A stretch of 64,000 bases of DNA, from positions 27,094,001 through 27,158,000 of the forward strand of contig OZ024759.1 of NCBI GenBank assembly GCA_964016885.1. Direction: 5' to 3'. This stretch comes from Eledone cirrhosa. Taxonomy: Eukaryota. The translations under genes and the position numbers were made by a program. A model generated the notes under the pieces. That model was given only the letters and a program-made list of their open reading frames with translations. It did no database searches and was not told the DNA's origin. Below are positions 13,901 to 24,033 of this stretch, in pieces (the stretch's first letter is position 1; each line of letters begins with the position of its first letter).

Positions 13901-15105
13901 CTTCCTCTCTCTCGTTTCATCTCGCTCTCTCTCTCGTTTCATCTCGCTCTCTCTCTCTCTCGTTTCACCTCTGTCTTCTTCTCTCTCGTTTCATCTCTCT
14001 CTTCCTCTCTCTCGTTCTATCTCTCTCTTCCTCTCTCTCGTTTCATCTCTCTCTCTCGTTTCATCTCTATATCCCTCGTTTCATCTGTCTCTCTCTCTGT
14101 CGTTTCATTTCCCTCTATCTCTCTATCGCTCTCTCGTTTCATCTCTCTCTCCCTCTCGTTTCATCTCGCTCTCTCTCTCCTGTTTCATCTCGCTCTCTCT
14201 CTCCTGTTTCATCTCGCTCTCTACTCACGTTTCCTCTCTCTCGTTTCCTCTCTTTCTCGTTTCATCTCTCTCTCGTTTCATCTCTCTATGTCTCATTTCA
14301 TCTCGCTCTCTCTCTCTCTCATTTCATCTCGTTCTCTCTCTCTCTCATTTCATCTCGCTCTCACTCTCTCGTTTCATCTCGCTCTCTCACTCTCGTTTCA
14401 TCTCGCACTCTCTCTCTCGTTTCATCTCTCTCTCTCTCTCTCTCTCATTTCATCTCGCTCTCTGTCTCGTGTCATCTCGCTCTCTCTGTCTCTCGTTTCA
14501 TCTCGCTCTCACTCTCTCGTTTCATCTCACTCTAACTCTCTCATTTCATCTCGCTCTCCCTGTCTCGTTTCATCTCGCTCCCACTCTCTCATTTCATCTC
14601 ACTCTCTTTCTCTCATTTCATCTCGCTCTCTCGCTCTTGTTTCAACACTCTAATCCCTCACTTGTTTCATCTCTCTCTAATCCCTCACTTGTTTCATCTC
14701 TCTCTTGTTTCAATTCTTTCTCTCTCTCTCTCTCACTCTCTCTCTCTCTCTCTCTCTCTTTCTATCCCCTCTCTCTTTCTCTCCCCTCTCTCTGTTGTTT
14801 CATCCCTCACCCTCTTGTTTCATCCCCTTCTCTCCCTCTCTCTCTCTTCCCCTCTATCTCTATTCCTCTCTCTCATCCCCTCTCTCTCTCTTCCTCTCTC
14901 TCTCTTCCTCTCTCCCCTCACCCTCTTGTTTCAACTCTCTCCTCGTTTCAACTCTCTCCTCGTTTCAACTCTCTCCTCGTTTCAACTCTCTCCTCGTTTC
15001 AACTCTCTCTCTCTCCTCTCGTTTCAACTCTCTCTCTCTCCTCGTGTTTCAACCATCTCCTCTCTTGTTTCAACTCTCTCACCTCTCGTTTCAACTCTCT
15101 CTCTC
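7943..15105 (-). repeat. Composite satellite, inverted arm: 4 longer modules plus a terminal CT tract with GTTTCAAC words
   Basis: Reverse-complement monomer aattattagccacaggggcagagatgtccataacattacatgacag in blocks at ~7943, 9174, 11112 and 13338, separated by CT-rich blocks. Confidence 0.97.
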
Positions 15106-15302
15106 TGTGTCTCCAATGTGTATACCGATATATATACCGAAGAATGTACATAAACACACATGCATACACGCATGTGTATATATATATACATACATGTGTC
15201 TCTCTCTCTCCCTATATATATGTACATATGTGTAAATATGTACATACATATTAGTGTATATATATTGCTATCTATATGCATATTTGTATTAATTATACTG
15301 TA

Positions 15303-15475
15303 TGGTGAATTGGCAGTATCGGTAGAGGGTCTGACGCCATGCTTTCCAGCATAGTTACGTCCCTTTACGATCCGAGGTCAACTTTGCCTTTCATCCTTAC
15401 GGGGTCGATAAAATAAAGTACCAGTAATGTACTGGTTAATTACTGACCTTGTGCCTAAAATAGAAACAATTATTA
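15303..15475 (+). mobile_element. tRNA-derived SINE, octopus type (also ~28397-28570 and 54472-54644)
   Basis: A-box-like head tggtgaattggcagtatcggtagag and core gtcaactttgcctttcatccttacggggtcgataaaataaagtaccagt, recognised from memory as octopus SINE sequence. Confidence 0.8.
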
Positions 15476-16032
15476 GTTCAAAGAGAAACCACCATCATAG
15501 AGAAACCACCGTCCTACCTGAAATATTATGTTATCATATTAAATATTTCTTATACTGTCATGTTTTTTCTTTAAAACGATTGCATTTCAATAAAGTGAAG
15601 AAAACTATTATATACTGTTGTTATATCATTATACTTTAGTTTTAACTTATTATTTCTATGTGTATAAATATAATGTATGTAAGTGTGTTTGAAAATATAT
15701 AATAATAATATGCATGTTTGAAGCAGGGTTCAACTGAAATATCTACACCGGTAACTTAATTAGTGTTACACCTTAGGCATAAACTATTTGGCATTCTTTG
15801 AAGGAGGTACTAGGTTTTTCACTGTCTTAAATGGAGTATACACGCGCACACAATGCATATATATAAATTGTTTTTCTCTGTACAAAGAGATTGACATCAT
15901 TTCTTAAATCATTATTTAGGGTTTTACAACAAAACATATTGTATGTGTAATTATACAAATTGAATTTAAGTATTTATTTTAAAATTTTACATACACTTTA
16001 GTAGTATATATATATATATATATATTCATTTG

Positions 16033-16850
16033 TGATGCCATGCATTGTATTGTACACTTCGACATATGAATTACGTTCATGCAACACTTCTCTTATCATA
16101 GCCATTTTTTGTGGTGAGCAGTCATTATTTGTTGGTACTAGGGCAGTGGATTGGCAGTATCGGTAGAGCGCCAGACACCATGCTTTACAGCATAGGGTTA
16201 TGGCCATTTACGTTCTGGGTTCAAATCCCTCCAAGGTTGACTTGGTTTTCATCCTTATGAGGTCGATAGAATAAAGTACCAGTAATTGCTGGCCTTGTGC
16301 CAGAAACAATTATTTGGTTGTACTTCCAATCTGTGCTACACACCTTCGTTCCCATCAATAATATATAACTGGCCATATTGTGGTGTATTTTCTGCAGGTT
16401 ACAGAGATGGGGGTGTAGTGATATGTTTGACCCTGAATATGAAAGCTATACGGGCCTCTGCCGGGTGGTAACACCAAATGAAGTGAAATAAATGTAGTTT
16501 TAATTGCAGATGTTTCTGTGAAATCAACTGCTTCCTGGCCTCTTTCAAAGAGATTTCTCAGTCTCTCAGGGTATATTTGCAATGGTGGCAACACAACCTT
16601 TCCTTTATTACAACAGTTACAATTTTCATTTCTAAATTTCAAAGCTCCACAGTGATCACACGAAACATTCATATCACTAATATGAAATTCTTCTACATTT
16701 CCATTAATATTAATTGTTGGCCAATTTCTCTTACAACGCTCATTATCCATTCTTCTCTGTCTGAATGTTTTCCATTCTGTTGTTTATTATGTAATTAAAT
16801 AGCTCTGTACAATACATAGAGCATTCTTCTTTTCTTTACCTTTTCTATGG
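16033..16850 (-). pseudogene. Helitron RepHel N-terminal part, interrupted by a SINE (copy 55202-56019)
   Basis: ORF 16355-16750 reads CDHCGALKFRNE..CCNKGKVVLPPL..P.RLRNLF and PGRGPYSFHIQGQTYH, typical Helitron N-terminal motifs. Frameshifted. Confidence 0.88.
16141..16308 (+). mobile_element. tRNA-derived SINE inserted in the Helitron ORF (also 29234-29401, 38721-38888, 55310-55477)
   Basis: Head ggcagtggattggcagtatcggtagagc, B-box gggttcaaatcc, core ttttcatccttatgaggtcgatagaataaagtaccagt. Flanked by an imperfect 16-bp direct repeat (attatttgttggtact / attatttggttgtact). Confidence 0.85.
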
Positions 16851-17399
16851 AAATACAAGAACAAACATGTAAATATATATATATATGTATATACATAAAC
16901 AAGACTGTTATTGCTCCAACCAGTCTATTTACCTTTGATAACTATCCTAAATATAAATACACCTATACCATACATACATATATCATATATGTTTTTGATG
17001 CCGTGGTATAGCAGAGATAAGCAAGAAGAGAAAAGAAAATGAAAAGGAGAAAAAAAAAGAAGTAAGAAGTCGGGGGAGGGACAGACACTTCACCCCAGTC
17101 TAAGTGGTCCCTCAGCCGCAACCTGTGGAAGAAACTTAAAAGCGTTACCTCGGAGCAAGGCCAGAGACACCTGCTACAATAGTCGCCCCTCCTCATGAGG
17201 CTCCTGTCATCTTTCCTCCCGACTTTATGGAGGAAATCAGCAGTACAGGGACCAAGTATGGCAGAGGTCTCAATGGAGTGGAAGAGGTGAGTCAGGCCTT
17301 GGTACTATCTTACTATCCTCTGCATTGCGGGGTGTGGAGCCTAGGTTTGTGGCTGTAGCTATATTTGAACTTTTATATGAAATTTCAGTTTTATATTTT

Positions 17400-17484
17400 T
17401 CACATCATAAAACTTAATCTTAGTCTTTTGCAGCTCATCTTGTTTCATCTCGCAGCACACGATTTGGGAACCACTGCTCTAGAG
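17400..17484. mobile_element. hAT-Charlie/Buster-type transposon terminus (TIR also at 20441, 30495, 56633, 59424); inner boundary unknown
   Basis: ttgggaaccactg (17464-17476) is the reverse complement of CAGTGGTTCCCAA and is followed by ctctagag, matching the Charlie NTCTAGAN 8-bp target consensus. Confidence 0.75.
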
Positions 17485-17808
17485 ATAGAAAAAGTATATT
17501 TTATGCAGGGCTTCCCTGAGACATAAAAACTATTTCAAGAGATCGACATGGGTAGAAAGGTTGAGAAATGCTGCACAATGTTCTTTGGTTTTTGTTCACC
17601 TTTAAATAATCATGTATAAAATATCGGGTGTGCAAGATTTCATGAAAAGGTATAACATTTTTTATGCTGGTCTTGCAGGGACTAGCTCCAATTGAGAGTT
17701 GTACCAATTCCCACTAAACTCGAAACTCCTGGACAATATATACATATCTTTATAAGTTCCTGTGTATTGTGTCGCTGTATAATGAAACATAAATATATAC
17801 CATGCATG

Positions 17809-18056
17809 TCAGTCAGATTTGAACTCACTATATTTGGCGTTTTATAGACATAATTTGTTTGTTAAAACAATTGATTAAATAATAACTAAATAAAATTAAT
17901 TCTACAATCCTGGATAGGGAATGAACTTATAACTTCATAATAGAAGCCATCTATTCGAGCAGTATTGCCATCTAAGCCACCAGGTTACTTACAGAACTTC
18001 ATTCAAATATAAAATATAAAATATATGCCAGACATAGTGAGTTCGAATCTGACTGA
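17809..18056. mobile_element. ~250-bp MITE-like element with 30-bp TIRs (also 20786, 30840, 56978, 59769)
   Basis: tcagtcagatttgaactcactatatttggc (17809-17838) and gccagacatagtgagttcgaatctgactga (18027-18056) match 27/30 as an inverted repeat, around an AT-rich interior. Confidence 0.65.
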
Positions 18057-18171
18057 TTAGTTGGTCATTGTCCCAGCCAACAGTTTAAATCGCCAACCAG
18101 TAGGTGACATCGACTAGGTTGGGAAAACTTGGTTAAGTAGCTCCAGTTATTGCTACGTTAGACATATTCAA

Positions 18172-18275
18172 GACTTATCGACACCGAATGGAAGAAAGGT
18201 AAAGTTGAACTCAGAGTAAAGAACAGGAAAAATACTGCAAAGAATTCTATCTGATGTTCTAACAATTCTACCAAA
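18172..18275 (-). mobile_element. Degenerate tRNA-SINE fragment (also ~21149, 31203, 57341, 60132)
   Basis: Reverse complement reads tggtagaattgttagaac...ctgagttcaactttacctttcttccattcggtgtcgataag, homologous to the plus-strand SINEs. Confidence 0.65.
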
Positions 18276-18362
18276 TTACCTTATGTATATATATTTATAT
18301 CTAGAGATAAGAAGAAAACTGAAAGAAAGAAAAGAAAAAAAATGAGACCTTATATGTAACCC

Positions 18363-19428
18363 ATGTTACAACTCAATATATATATATTTGGGTTGTAACA
18401 TATTCCCGCCGGTGAAATAAAAATTTTAATAGAAAAACGGCGGGAATATATGTTACAACCCAATCTATATATATTTGAGTTGTAACATATATTCCCGCCG
18501 TTGAAATAAAAATTTTAATAGAAAAACGGCGGGAATATATGTTACAATCCAATCTAGATATATTTGGGTTGTAACATATATTCCCGCCGTTGAAATAAAA
18601 ATTTTAATAGAAAACCGGCGGGAATATATGTTACAACCCAATCTATATATATTTGGGATGTAACATATATTCCCGCCGTTGAAATAAAAATTTTAATAGA
18701 AAAACGGCGGGAATATATGTTGCAACCCAATCTACATATATTTGGGTTGTAACATATATTCCCGCCGTTGAAATAAAAATTTTAATAGAAATACGGCGGG
18801 AATATATGTTACAACCCAATCTATATATGTTTGGGTTGTAACATATATTCCCGCCGTTTTTCTATTAAAATTTTTATTTCAACGGCGGAAATATATGTTA
18901 CAACCCAAATATATGTAGATTGGGTTGCAACATATATTCCCGCCGTTTTTCTATTAAAATTTTTATTTCAACGGCGGGAATATATGTTACAATCCAAATA
19001 TATATAGATTGGGTTGTAACATATATTCCCGCCGTTTTTCTATTAAAATTTTTATTTCAACGGCGGGAATATATGTTGCAACCCAAATATTTATAGATAG
19101 GGTTGTAACATATATTCCCGCCGTTTTTCTATTAAAATTTTTATTTCGACGGCGGGAATATGTTACAACCCAAATATATATAGATTGGGTTGTAACATAT
19201 ATTCCCGCCGTTTTTCTATTAAAATTTTTATTTCAACGGCGGGAATATATGTTACAACTCAAATATATATAGATTGGGTTGTAACATATATTCCCGCCGT
19301 TTTTCTATTAAAATATTTATTTCAACGGCGGGAATATATGTTACAACCCAAAAATATGTAGATTGGGTTGTAACATATATTCTCGCCGTTTTTCTATTAA
19401 AATTTTTATTTCACCGGCGGGAATATAT
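18363..19428. repeat. Fold-back array of 89-bp palindromic units (5 forward + 7 reverse)
   Basis: Unit is gttgtaacatatattcccgccgtt-gaaataaaaattttaatagaaa-aacggcgggaatatatgttacaac-ccaatctatatatatttgg; period 89 (18480 to 18569). Loop orientation flips at ~18825. Confidence 0.95.
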
Positions 19429-19485
19429 ACCCTGAGAGACTGAGAAATCTCTTTCAAAGAGATTTCTCAGTCTCTCAGGGTATAT
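19425..19485. repeat. Perfect 30+1+30-bp palindrome at a duplication junction (copy 58416-58476)
   Basis: atataccctgagagactgagaaatctcttt-c-aaagagatttctcagtctctcagggtatat. Confidence 0.95.
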
Positions 19486-19790
19486 TTGCAATGGTGGCAA
19501 CACAACCTTTCCTTTTTTACAACAGTTACAATTTTCATTTCTAAATTTCAAAGCTCCACAGTGATCACACGAAACATTCATATCACTAATATGAAATTCT
19601 TCTACATTTCCATTAATATTAATTGTTGGCCAATTTCTCTTACGACGCTCATTATCGATTCTTCTCTGTCTGAATGTTTTCCATTCTAAGTCTATTTGCA
19701 TGGAATAATTATATTCTGTTGTTTATTATGTAATTAAATAGCTCTGTACAATACATAGAGCATTCTTCTTTTCTTTACCTTTTCTATGGA
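19450..19790 (-). pseudogene. Truncated Helitron N-terminal fragment (copy 58441-58781)
   Basis: ORF 19411-19701 reads CDHCGALKFRNENCNCCKKGKVVLPPL and is cut by the palindrome junction. Confidence 0.85.
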
Positions 19791-19798
19791 AATACAAG

Positions 19799-19865
<67 letters not shown>

Positions 19866-21604
19866 ATATACATAAACAAGACTGTTATTGCTCCAACCAG
19901 TCTATTTATCTTTGATAACTATCCTAGATATAAATACACCTATACCATACATACATATATCATATATGTTTTTGATGCCGTGGTATAGCAGAGATAAGCA
20001 AGAAGAGAAAAGAAAATGAAAAGGAGAAAAAAAAAGAAGTAAGAAGTCGGGGGAGGGACAGACACTTCACCCCAGTCTAAGTGGTCCCTCAGCCGCAACC
20101 TGTGGAAGAAACGTAAAAGCGTTACCTCAGAGCAAGGCCAGAGACACCTGCAACAATAGTCGCCCCTCCTCATGAGGCTCCTGTCGTCTTTCCTCCCGAC
20201 TTTATGAAGGAAATCAGCAGTACAGGGACCAAGTATGGCAGAGGTCTCAATGGAGTGGAAGAGGTGAGTCAGGCCTTGGTACTATCTTACTATCCTCTGC
20301 ATTGCGGGGTGTGGAGCCTAGGTTTGTGGCTGTAGCTATATTTGAACTTTTATATGAAATTTCAGTTTTATTTTTTTCACATCATAAAACTTAATCTTAG
20401 TCTTTTGCAGCTCATCTTGTTTCATCTCGCAGCACACGATTTGGGAACCACTGCTCTAGAGATAGAAAAAGTATATTTTATGCAGGACTTCCCTGAGACA
20501 TAAAAACTATTTCCAGAGATCGACATGGGTAGAAAGGTTGAGAAATGCTGCACAATGTTCTTTGGTTTTTGTTCACCTTTAAATAATCATGTATAAAATA
20601 TCGGGTGTGCAAGATTTCATGAAAAGGTATAACATTATTTATGCTGATCTTGCAGGGACTAGCTCCAATTGAGAGTTGTACCAATTCCCACTAAACTCGA
20701 AACTCCTGGACAATATATACATATCTTTATAAGTTCCTGTGTATTGTGTCGTTGTATAATGAAACATAAATACATACCATGCATGTCAGTCAGATTTGAA
20801 CTCACTATATTTGGCGTTTTATAGATATAATTTGTTTGTTAAAACAATTGATTAAATAATAACTAAATAAAATTAATTCTACAATCCTGGATAGGGAATG
20901 AACTTATAACTTCATAATAGAAGCCATCTATTCGAGCAGTATTGCCATCTAAGCCACCAGGTTACTTACAGAACTTCATTCAAATATAAAATATAAAATA
21001 TATGCCAGACATAGTGAGTTCGAATCTGACTGATTAGTTGGTCATTGTCCCAGCCAACAGTTTAAATCGCCAACCAGTAGGTGACATCGACTAGGTTGGG
21101 AAAACTTGGTTAAGTAGCTCCAGTTATTGCTACGTTAGACATATTCAAGACTTATCGACACCGAATGGAAGAAAGGTAAAGTTGAACTCAGAGTAAAGAA
21201 CTGGAAAAATACTGCAAAGAATTCTATCTGATGTTCTAACAATTCTACCAAATTACCTTATGTATATATATTTATATCTAGAGATAAGAAGAAAACTGAA
21301 AGAAAGAAAAATGAGACCTTATATGTAACCCATGACCAGGATTGAAACCGAAACCATGACTACCACCATCTCTGGTATCACCCACCAGACCACCATGAAA
21401 GATACAAACATCTGCTTTTTTAATATTTATAAGCCTACTTTCAATATTAAAGTAATTAACATGTGGTGTTGTTCATGCCTTTCTCTATGTTATTGGTAAA
21501 AAATAAAGTATTTAAACCTCAAATTTTGTTATTCAAATATGCTTGCTTATGTAATTATAAATGTCGCAGAATACACACACATATATAGATGTGAAAATAT
21601 TCAG

Positions 21605-21790
21605 GACCCCAACGGCTGTGCTACTGCCGTTTCGACATCTATATATATATCTTTTAGTCCTAGGCTCTTTCAGCGCAGAAAGAATTCTCCAATGATCACA
21701 ACCAGCTAATGGTGCCCAGTGGAAGCACTTTAGTCTAATTATAACCCCAACGATCACGATTAGCGGCGGCTTTTTCGAGTCTGAGGTTGA
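21605..21790 (-). mobile_element. Possible decayed Penelope-like 3' end with a hammerhead-like motif (also ~31662, ~60587)
   Basis: Minus strand reads CTGAAAGAG...CGAAACGGC-agtagcaca-GCCGT, with an upstream NRDRWGYN peptide. Degenerate. Confidence 0.35.
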
Positions 21791-22124
21791 CTGCCAGATA
21801 TATATATATATCTATATATATATATATATATTTTTTTATACTTTGCTAGAATCCCGGAGAACAACAGAAAGATGCTGAGTTCAGAGTTTAAAAAACATGT
21901 CCTCCTTTAATATAAAAACAATCCGAGTCTTGTAAAAGTGTTATTACTGTAATATAAAGTAGAAACCCTTTATTTAAACAAAGCTGAGATGCAGCGATCA
22001 TCAAAGCAAACCCCAAAATGTAAACAAACTTCTCGCAGGTGCTGGCAGATACACGATAACATGTGTATACGAAGTGTAACAGGGAGTTGGGTCGTATTAT
22101 ATGACTTTCAAATTGACCCCTATT

Positions 22125-22813
22125 ATATTCAAATTATCCCCTGTGGGGCGTGCACCCCACGTTGAGAATCCCTCATAAATAAATATATGTGAGTGTGTTG
22201 CTATGACTGCTATTTCTAGCAGGTTTACTGCAGTCCTGTAGACGCACAACAAAAACCGGAAGTGGCAGCCATTAAAAAACTTTGGCTTAAAATCAGGCAA
22301 AAGTTTTTTAACAATTTGCCAAGAAAGATAACTCTTGTCTTACTTAATCGCAAAAATCGAGGCAAAAAATTTTGCGGGTGTGCAGTTTGTTTGGTGTATT
22401 TGACTGCTATTTCTAGCATATATGGACACTTTAGAAATAGCAGCGAAACACGGGAAACATAAGAAAGAAGGACACACACGTATATATATATACATATATA
22501 TATGCACAGATATATACATTTAAATATATATATTTATATATACATACACGCGCGCACACACACCTATACGTAGATATGGGTGTGTGTATAGCTGGTATAT
22601 ATATATATATGTATGGGTGAGTGTATAGCTGGTATATATATATATATATATATAGGTGTGTGTCCTTCTTTCTGCTGTTTTCCGTTTTTCGCTGCTATTT
22701 CTAAAGTGTCCATACATGCTAGAAATAGCAGTCATAGCAACACACTCACATATATTTATTTATGAAGGATTCTCAACGTGGGGTGCACGCCCCACAGGGG
22801 ATAATTTGAATAT
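22125..22813. repeat. Nested inverted-repeat element with ~97-bp arms (also 33854-34586, 61105-61844)
   Basis: 22125-22221 is a near-perfect reverse complement of 22717-22813. Inner inverted pair ~22400-22460 / 22655-22735. Centre is (TA)/(CA) microsatellite. Confidence 0.85.
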
Positions 22814-23409
22814 CCCCCTCTTTATATCAATTAGCACTAACTCTCTCCCTCTCTATATCTACTACACGGCACTCTCTTCCAATACCCCTCTCTATATGAA
22901 GTAACACCAAACTCTCCCCCTCTCTATATATTAAGCACTAAGTCAGGAATTTTTTTCTTCTTTCGTGCAGAGAGAGTAAAGTTGATTAAATCTACTGCAG
23001 TGAATTACTGGTATTTTATTTAATAAAAATTAAAATTTACTATTTGTCTTCGTTTAATTTTCGTTTTTCTTTACATAGTTTCGTTTCGTTAAATGTCTCC
23101 AGAATTTGTTTTTACTTTTACCGGATATTGAAGGTGTAAACTTGGTGTTGTCTAGAAACGTGTTAGAAATATTTTTCTTTTAATTGTGAAGAATTTAACC
23201 GCAAAGTAAGTTTTTTTTACTGTTTATTTGTGGCTGGGACAACGTATGGTATGTGTTAATGTAAATGGTGAAGGTTTAAAGATTCTTTTTACAACTGAAA
23301 ATCAGTTTGTTGTTGCTGCTAATTACTTAACGCATGGAATAGATTAAAAAAATACAGGATTGTTTCTCGGAAGAGAGAAAGAAGAAACAACAAATCACAG
23401 AAGCGGGTA

Positions 23410-23590
23410 GCACACACATTTGGGACCACATACAACACAAAAACAGGTAATCCACACATCTGGGACCACATACAACACACCAGCAGGTAATACATACATC
23501 TAGGACCACATAAGCAGGTAATACACACATCTAGGACCACATACAACACACAAGCAGGTAATACACACATCTAGGACGACATACAACCAA
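23410..23590. repeat. ~40-bp minisatellite, 4-5 degenerate units (also ~35180, ~62441)
   Basis: Repeats of gcaggtaatacacacatctaggaccacatacaacacacaa. Confidence 0.8.
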
Positions 23591-23659
23591 AGGCAGGCGA
23601 AAGGGGTGGACAAACGAGCTGCTACTAGATCAAAAGATAACAGTATCGCGAGGAGCACT

Positions 23660-23890
23660 GGGAAACCTCTCTAATGATTTTTTTAGGCAAGCCAGCACGT
23701 CTGCAGCGTTACCTCGGGCGATGGCGAGGCTGAGGAGCTGGAACAACCAAGTGCCCTCACGAGCTTCACCAGTCACCTTCGTCAGGCTAGCCGCCAGTGA
23801 AGATAGGAATCTCGCAGTCAGTATCCCGACTCCCCCAAACGCCACAGGCTGGAAAATGTAGTTGGCCGACAGATCACAGTATTACTTAAC
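23660..23890 (-). mobile_element. 3' fragment of an RLE-type (CRE-like) non-LTR retrotransposon (also ~35430-35660, 62691-62921)
   Basis: Translates YIFQPVAF(G/E)GVG..TARFLSSLA...TGEAREGTWLFQLLSLAIARGNAADVL, matching the C-terminal F.P.A.E..G..G...QR.S.AI.RGNA motif of CRE-type elements. Confidence 0.8.
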
Positions 23891-23905
23891 AGTGATAGAT
23901 ATTCT

Positions 23906-23980
23906 GTCTAAAGGAGGGGCGTGCAACAGGCGGCCCGCGGGCCACAATCGAGCCCACCTGACCAGTCAGAGTGGCCCGCA
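23906..23980 (+). mobile_element. hAT-Charlie-type 5' terminus (also 35675, 62937)
   Basis: Target-like 8-mer gtctaaag followed by gaggggcgtgcaacaggcggcccgcgggccacaatcgagccc, resembling the MER58/Charlie start CAGGGG..CAAAC..CGGCCCGCGGGCCA. Confidence 0.65.
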
Positions 23981-24033
23981 ATGACTCTTGTAGGCTTATT
24001 TAGAATTTTTTCCATACCCGTAATACTTCTGTT

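Noticed and set aside
421-15105. CRISPR-like look (constant repeats alternating with variable blocks)
   Set aside because: The 46-mers are directly tandem, the variable blocks are 0.4-1.9-kb homologous microsatellite, there are no cas genes, and the context is eukaryotic.
524-15254. Long Ser/Leu/Phe/His-rich and Glu/Arg-rich ORFs of up to ~500 aa (also 26910-28246 and 39660-54423)
   Set aside because: They are open in several frames at once because CT/GA repeats rarely contain stop codons. Frames shift between the two 39-kb copies, so there is no sign of coding constraint.
16141-16240. tRNA gene
   Set aside because: A/B boxes are present but there is no cloverleaf, and the sequence continues into a SINE core.
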